64,000 nt of DNA from Candidatus Eiseniibacteriota bacterium. Its GTDB lineage: Bacteria; Eisenbacteria; RBG-16-71-46. Positions within the stretch are counted from its first letter, which is position 1; each line of letters begins with the position of its first letter. The stretch spans positions 298,791 to 362,790 of the forward strand of contig OY970342.1 in the NCBI GenBank assembly GCA_963717505.1, in the 5' to 3' direction. The notes under the pieces were generated by a model, which worked only from the letters and a program-made list of their open reading frames with translations, did no database searches and had not been told where the DNA came from. The translations under genes were made by a program, and so were the position numbers. Positions 59,652 to 64,000 of this stretch are shown one piece after another.

Positions 59652-60343
59652 GGCACGAGCTGACGAGCCAGAGTCGCGAGGTCGGGAACCTCGAGGTCCG
59701 GCGCGGCGTCGGAGAGCGGTGTCGCTCCTTCGCCCGGTTTTCCTTGACGCCGGTTGACCCACACGGTCGACAGACCCAGACGCTTGGCGGGAGCGATGTC
59801 GTGATAGCGACTCTGCGCGACATGAAGGATTCGGCTTCGCGGCACCGTGATGCGCTCGAAGGCACGCAGGAAATTCTTCTCGGAAGGCTTGTACGACCGC
59901 GCCTGCTGCGCAGTGACGATCCAGTCGAACTTCACACCCAGTTTGCTTGCCGAATGCTGGAACAGGTCGTCGTCGATGTTCGAGATGACCGCGAGCTTGT
60001 ACCGCTTCGCGAGCGCGCGCAGCGCTTCAGCGGAGTCCGGAAACGCCGGCCAGTCGGCGACCGATTGCGCGAAGGTCTCGCGCTCGGCGCGGGTCGGCTT
60101 GAACCCGAACTTGGCGCCCAGCCCTTCCAACACTCGGGTCAGGACCACGCGATACTCGACATAGGGCCCGGCTTCGACTTGGCTCTCGAGCCGGCCAAAG
60201 AGAACGAGCGCGGCTTCCGGCTCGACGGTGGCGCCGCAGGCGGCGGCGATCGGCAGCAGGGCGTTCAGAATCCCCTGCTCCCAGTCGATCAAGGTTCCGT
60301 AGCAGTCGAAGGTCAAGACTTCGTAGGCTGCGGGGTCGATCAT
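59648..60343 (-). CDS. HAD-superfamily hydrolase, L-2-haloacid-dehalogenase-like (subfamily IA)
   Basis: ATG 60343 (MIDPAAYEVLTFDCYGTLIDWE: DxYGTL nucleophile motif). …ISNIDDD…, …SYKPSEKNF… (Lys). The alternative upstream ATG 60415 adds 24 aa. Confidence 0.75.
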   Translation of the reverse strand: MIDPAAYEVLTFDCYGTLIDWEQGILNALLPIAAACGATVEPEAALVLFGRLESQVEAGPYVEYRVVLTRVLEGLGAKFGFKPTRAERETFAQSVADWPAFPDSAEALRALAKRYKLAVISNIDDDLFQHSASKLGVKFDWIVTAQQARSYKPSEKNFLRAFERITVPRSRILHVAQSRYHDIAPAKRLGLSTVWVNRRQGKPGEGATPLSDAAPDLEVPDLATLARQLVP

Positions 60344-60413
60344 GCGAATGCACTGTGGTGACTTTTCCCGCCGCTGACAACCACCAGTAGAACCAGGAGC
60401 AATCTTTTCCGTC

Positions 60414-60887
60414 ATGCGCCGCCGAGTCCGCAGGATTTCGCAGAGTCTCTCGTGGATGCTCGTGCTGGCGGCCGTCGTTCCCGACGTCCGTTGGTGCGAA
60501 GCCGCCTGGGCCGATCTCCCGGTCGAATGCCTGTTGGCGAGCGAGAGCTCTGCGGCCTGCGCGGCGGCGCCGAGCGAATCCCCACCCGATGACGGCGAAA
60601 CCGAGTCGAGCTGCCCGCTCGACGAGCCGATCGGTTGCGGCGGCAGCTGTCCAATCGCTCCGTTCGCCGATCGAGCCTGGTGCCCCTCGGATGCGCTGGG
60701 CGCCGAAGCTTTGCCCGGCCAGGCGCCGACCATGCCCACGCTCGATCTCGCGAGTGGCGTTCTTCCCGATGAAACGGCGCACGAGACTCCAGCGCCGGCG
60801 CGAGCACCGGATCCAGACGGCATCCCACCGCCGCTGGACCGGCAGCCGCGCGCCCGTCCCCCGGTTCGCGCTCCTCCTCAGGTCTGA
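60414..60887 (+). CDS. Hypothetical Cys/Pro-rich secreted protein (doubtful)
   Basis: Fills part of a 900-nt gap; low-complexity composition. Only a weak hydrophobic N-terminal segment (MLVLAAVV…). Could be non-coding. Confidence 0.2.
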   Translation: MRRRVRRISQSLSWMLVLAAVVPDVRWCEAAWADLPVECLLASESSAACAAAPSESPPDDGETESSCPLDEPIGCGGSCPIAPFADRAWCPSDALGAEALPGQAPTMPTLDLASGVLPDETAHETPAPARAPDPDGIPPPLDRQPRARPPVRAPPQV

Positions 60888-60966
60888 AGCAGGCGCGTCG
60901 CTTGTGACCCGCGAGGCATACCGTCTCGTCGGGCGAGTGCGTCACTTCAACCGTAGGAGCTTTCCC

Positions 60967-61113
60967 ATGAAGCTGATCCTGACCTACCTCGGCCTGGTCA
61001 CGGCGCTCGCGTTCGCGGCCGCCGCGACCTCGGGCAGCGCGACTGCCGGAAACACGTCGGCGGAGTCGTGTTCCGTCGCGTGCAGGCCGTGCCCGCTCCC
61101 GTGTGCGCCGTAA
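60967..61113 (+). CDS. Small (48 aa) secreted Ser/Thr/Cys-rich peptide
   Basis: RBS TAGGAGC 8 nt upstream of ATG 60967. MKLILTYLGLVTALAFAAAA signal-like N-terminus, then …TSGSATAGNTSAESCSVACRPCPLPCAP. Confidence 0.4.
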   Translation: MKLILTYLGLVTALAFAAAATSGSATAGNTSAESCSVACRPCPLPCAP

Positions 61114-61243
61114 CGGCGGGCGAGGCAAATCTGTAGTCAGTCGCTGAGCAACAGATCGGCGCGGGGGCAGCTCGCCTCCGCGCCGTTTGGTTTGCCGCAC
61201 AACGCTGCCACTGGCTCTAGATCTGGCGTGTGTATTCCCGAGC

Positions 61244-62617
61244 TCAGACCGCCGCGAAGGCCTCGAGAATGCGCGCAACGTGCCGCGCGTGCTTCAAGTA
61301 CAAGTCGATCCGGATGTTCTCGTCGGGCGCGTGCGCGCGCGTGTCGGGGTGGCCGAGCCCGGCGCAGGCCACCGGCACGCCGAGGTCGTGGATGAAGCAG
61401 TGGTTGGGTCCCGAGCCGCCGATCATCGGCACGATCTGCATGGGTTGGCCGTAGATCGGGGTCGCGGTCTCGCACACCAACTTGAGGAACGGATCGTCGG
61501 GGTCGGTGCGCCCTGCAGGATTGCCGCCCAGGAACTTGATCTCGACGTCAGGGAAACCCTGCGCATCGAGATGCGCACGCAGGTTCTTCAACACTTCGGC
61601 CGGCGTCTGATCGGGCACCAACCGGAAGTCGACCTTGGCCGACGCGCGCGCCGGCAGCACCGTCTTGGATCCTGCGCCCTGATATCCCGACGTCAATCCG
61701 CAAATTGTGCACGTAGGCTCGAAGACTTCTGCAACGCGCAGGTCGACGCCACCGGTCAGCCCGCGCAGGAACTCCTTCACTCCATAGCGCTCGCGGTACT
61801 CGCCGGCGACCTCCGGCAGCGCCGCCAGCAGTTCGCGGTCGCGCGCGGTCGGCGGCTTCACGGAGTCGTAGTGGCCGGGAATCCGAATGCGTTCGTCGGG
61901 TCCCTTGAGCGTGCCGAGTGCCCAGGTCAGACGCCAGGCCGCGTTCGGGAAGATCGAGCCACCGATCCCGGAGTGGACGTCGATTTTTTCGGTCACGACC
62001 GAAAGTTCGACGTAGCAGATGCCGCGCAGCCCCGCGTACTGCATGGGCAGGTCGCGGTGGTCGACGCTGCCGAATTCCCACAAGCACGCGTCGCCCTTCA
62101 ATCGCTCGCGGTTGGCGCGCACGAAATCGGGCAAGTGAACGCTGCCGACTTCCTCCTCACCCTCGACCACGAACTTGATCCGGCACGGCAGCTCGCCGCT
62201 GGTGGCGAGCAGGGCGTCGAGCGCGTGCAGGCGCGACACGAAGTGGCCCTTGTCGTCGCTGATGCCGCGGCCGAATAGCTTGCCGTCGCGGCGCGCGGGC
62301 TCGAACGGCGGCGAGGTCCATAGCTCCAAGGGCTCGGGCGGCTGAACGTCGTAGTGGTTGTAGATGAGCAGCGTGCGATCGCTCGCGCCCGCTCGTTCGG
62401 CGACCACCACCGGATGGCCCCCGGTCGGCAGGATCTCGACCCTGAAGCCGCGCTTCTCGAGCATCGCGCCGACCAGTTTGGCGCAGGCTTCCATCCCCAG
62501 GTTCTGTGCGGCAACGCTGGGCTGCGCGACCAGGCGCGTCAGCTCGGTCAGGCTGTCCTCGAGGTGAGACTCGAGCCAGCGGTCGACGGCGGCGAGATCG
62601 ATGCTCTGCGTTTTCAT
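61244..62617 (-). CDS. M20-family metallopeptidase (ArgE/DapE/dipeptidase-like)
   Basis: 457 aa, ATG 62617. …LLIYNHYDVQPPEP…, …GRGISDDKG…, …EEVGS… metal-binding motifs. Confidence 0.85.
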   Translation of the reverse strand: MKTQSIDLAAVDRWLESHLEDSLTELTRLVAQPSVAAQNLGMEACAKLVGAMLEKRGFRVEILPTGGHPVVVAERAGASDRTLLIYNHYDVQPPEPLELWTSPPFEPARRDGKLFGRGISDDKGHFVSRLHALDALLATSGELPCRIKFVVEGEEEVGSVHLPDFVRANRERLKGDACLWEFGSVDHRDLPMQYAGLRGICYVELSVVTEKIDVHSGIGGSIFPNAAWRLTWALGTLKGPDERIRIPGHYDSVKPPTARDRELLAALPEVAGEYRERYGVKEFLRGLTGGVDLRVAEVFEPTCTICGLTSGYQGAGSKTVLPARASAKVDFRLVPDQTPAEVLKNLRAHLDAQGFPDVEIKFLGGNPAGRTDPDDPFLKLVCETATPIYGQPMQIVPMIGGSGPNHCFIHDLGVPVACAGLGHPDTRAHAPDENIRIDLYLKHARHVARILEAFAAV

Positions 62618-62625
62618 GATCGTTC

Positions 62626-63213
62626 CTAGCGCGGGTAGCCGAACATGCCTTGCACCCGCAGGGTGAGGAGGTTGGAGGCCTCGTCCGAAGTCGCGATGTA
62701 CTGGTACAGCAGCTCGGCGCCCCAGGCCACGTTCGGCGCGGTCAGATACTCGACGCCAACACCCGCCAGGAAACCGAGGTCGGTGGCGGACTCGTCACGC
62801 CGGCCGGCGTTCCACTCCTGGCGCGACCGGATGTTGTAGAGACCCAGGCCGCCGCGTACGAAGGGCACCACCGGATCGTCGGTCGCAATCCGGTAGCGGG
62901 CGTGAGCGACGATCGGGATCATCTGGACCGAGAAATCCACGGGCGCGCCCTGGACCGCCGTCAGGTCTTTCTCGAAGTCGTCGTTGCCGCCGAAGCCGTG
63001 CCACGACAGCTCGCCGCCGAATCCCCACGGTCCGCGGACCACCAAGTCGGTCACGAAACCCACGTTGAAACCGGTGCTGGCGTGGTCGGCGAACGAGCCA
63101 ATCGGCATGCCGACGCCGCCGTTGAAACCCATCCACATGGTGGGCTGCGACCGGGCGGCACCGGCCAGCAGGGTCGTGAGCAATAGCGTCGCGATCGCAA
63201 TCCGTTTGCGCAT
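62626..63213 (-). CDS. Small outer-membrane beta-barrel protein (OmpW/OmpA-like, PF13505-type)
   Basis: ATG 63213 with GAGGAG upstream. Signal MRKRIAIATLLLTTLLAGAARSQ. Ends …LRVQGMFGYPR with an aromatic-rich terminal strand. Confidence 0.65.
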   Translation of the reverse strand: MRKRIAIATLLLTTLLAGAARSQPTMWMGFNGGVGMPIGSFADHASTGFNVGFVTDLVVRGPWGFGGELSWHGFGGNDDFEKDLTAVQGAPVDFSVQMIPIVAHARYRIATDDPVVPFVRGGLGLYNIRSRQEWNAGRRDESATDLGFLAGVGVEYLTAPNVAWGAELLYQYIATSDEASNLLTLRVQGMFGYPR

Positions 63214-63316
63214 TCCATCTCCTCGAATCGTGTGGCGAAGTCGGTCGGCCGCCGCAGGTGTCGGACCGGCAGTGCCGGACCGAGGTTCTCCGGGAACTGG
63301 TACCATACCCGCCCTC

Positions 63317-64000
63317 ATGCCGCGATCCGCCGCAGCTTCATCTCGCGCGCCGCAGCCCAGCGTGTCCCAGCGCGTGCTCGCCGACTGGACGGCCGCCGCT
63401 GCGGGCTGGGAACGCTGGGAGCCGATGATCCAGCACTCGCTGGCGGCGATCGATCCCGTGCTGCTGCGGGCCGCCGACCTTCGGCCCGGTCAGCGGGTCC
63501 TCGACGTCGCCTGCGGCATCGGTGACCCGGCACTGGCCATCGCGCGCTGGATCGGCCCGCGCGGAACGGTGCTCGGAGTCGACGTCGCGCCGCCGATGAT
63601 CGAGGTGGCGCGCCGGCGCGCGAAAGGGCTCGACATCCGGAACGCACGGTTTCGCGCCGGGGACATGAGCCGGATGAAGTTCCCGCGAGGGCGCTTCCAC
63701 CGGATCGTGTCGCGCTTCGGGATCATGTTCGTCGAAGACCTCTCGAGGGCGCTTGAGAATCTGCACAGCGCCCTGGCTCCCGGCGGGCGCATCGCGTTCG
63801 CGGTCTGGGCTCAGGCCCATCGCAATTCCATGCTCTCGATCGCAACCATGGTGATGAAGCCCTACATGAAGGAGCCGCCGCCCGATCCCGAGGCCGGCCC
63901 GCATCCGATGCGACTCGGCCGGCCGACGTTGTTCCCGCGCTTGTTGAGGTCGGCGGGCTTCCACGGCATCCGCGCCGAGGAAGTCACGATGGCGTTCGTC
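63317..64000 (+). CDS. Class I SAM-dependent methyltransferase, N-terminal 228 aa (runs off window end)
   Basis: ATG 63317; frame is open to nt 64000. Motif I VLDVACGIGDPALAIA; post-I …VLGVDVAPPMIEVARRRA…. Confidence 0.7.
   Translation, partial: MPRSAAASSRAPQPSVSQRVLADWTAAAAGWERWEPMIQHSLAAIDPVLLRAADLRPGQRVLDVACGIGDPALAIARWIGPRGTVLGVDVAPPMIEVARRRAKGLDIRNARFRAGDMSRMKFPRGRFHRIVSRFGIMFVEDLSRALENLHSALAPGGRIAFAVWAQAHRNSMLSIATMVMKPYMKEPPPDPEAGPHPMRLGRPTLFPRLLRSAGFHGIRAEEVTMAFV

Noticed and set aside
60414-60887. 157-aa Cys/Pro-rich ORF as a confident gene
   Set aside because: Low-complexity and a poor RBS. Kept only as a 0.2-confidence feature because the 900-nt gap is otherwise empty.

Overview
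This is a 64-kb window of very high-GC (~68-70%) bacterial chromosome, densely coding on both strands (~60 protein genes). Many adjacent genes share 4-nt ATGA or GTGA start/stop overlaps. Six secreted multidomain proteins end in the same ~80-aa T9SS-type C-terminal sorting domain. Together with PilT, PD40 and NHL propellers, SPFH, SURF1 and EttA, this suggests an FCB-group organism, plausibly Gemmatimonadota (inference). No rRNA, tRNA, CRISPR array, integrase or transposase was recognised. Highlights:
1. An aconitase A (acnA) gene interrupted by a ~524-codon LAGLIDADG-type intein. The intein sits exactly inside the Fe-S ligand motif GYGCTT|C-IGN, and the whole locus carries many frame disruptions.
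2. A MerB-like (organomercurial lyase) gene with a single in-frame TGA. It aligns with the catalytic Cys159 position, so it is a candidate selenocysteine site or a nonsense mutation. The gene is translationally coupled to a HAD-type dehalogenase rather than to a mer operon.
3. A coupled operon of a cupredoxin lipoprotein, a type III polyketide synthase and an ICMT-family methyltransferase.
4. A Ser/Thr kinase fused to a BRCT domain, sitting next to an overlapping two-gene module in an AT-richer patch.
5. A ~4.4-kb lower-GC islet carrying a phage tailspike-like beta-helix protein.
6. A YHS-TlpA thioredoxin fusion, tandem ASST-like paralogs, and a Tat-signal small protein coupled to a signal-less amidase.
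Several apparent frameshifts or in-frame stops (acnA, the DUF885 3' end, the OMP at 5.4 kb, the tailspike 3' end) mean local indel errors cannot be excluded. Coordinates of refined starts were checked both by arithmetic from the ORF track and by reading the codon in the sequence.
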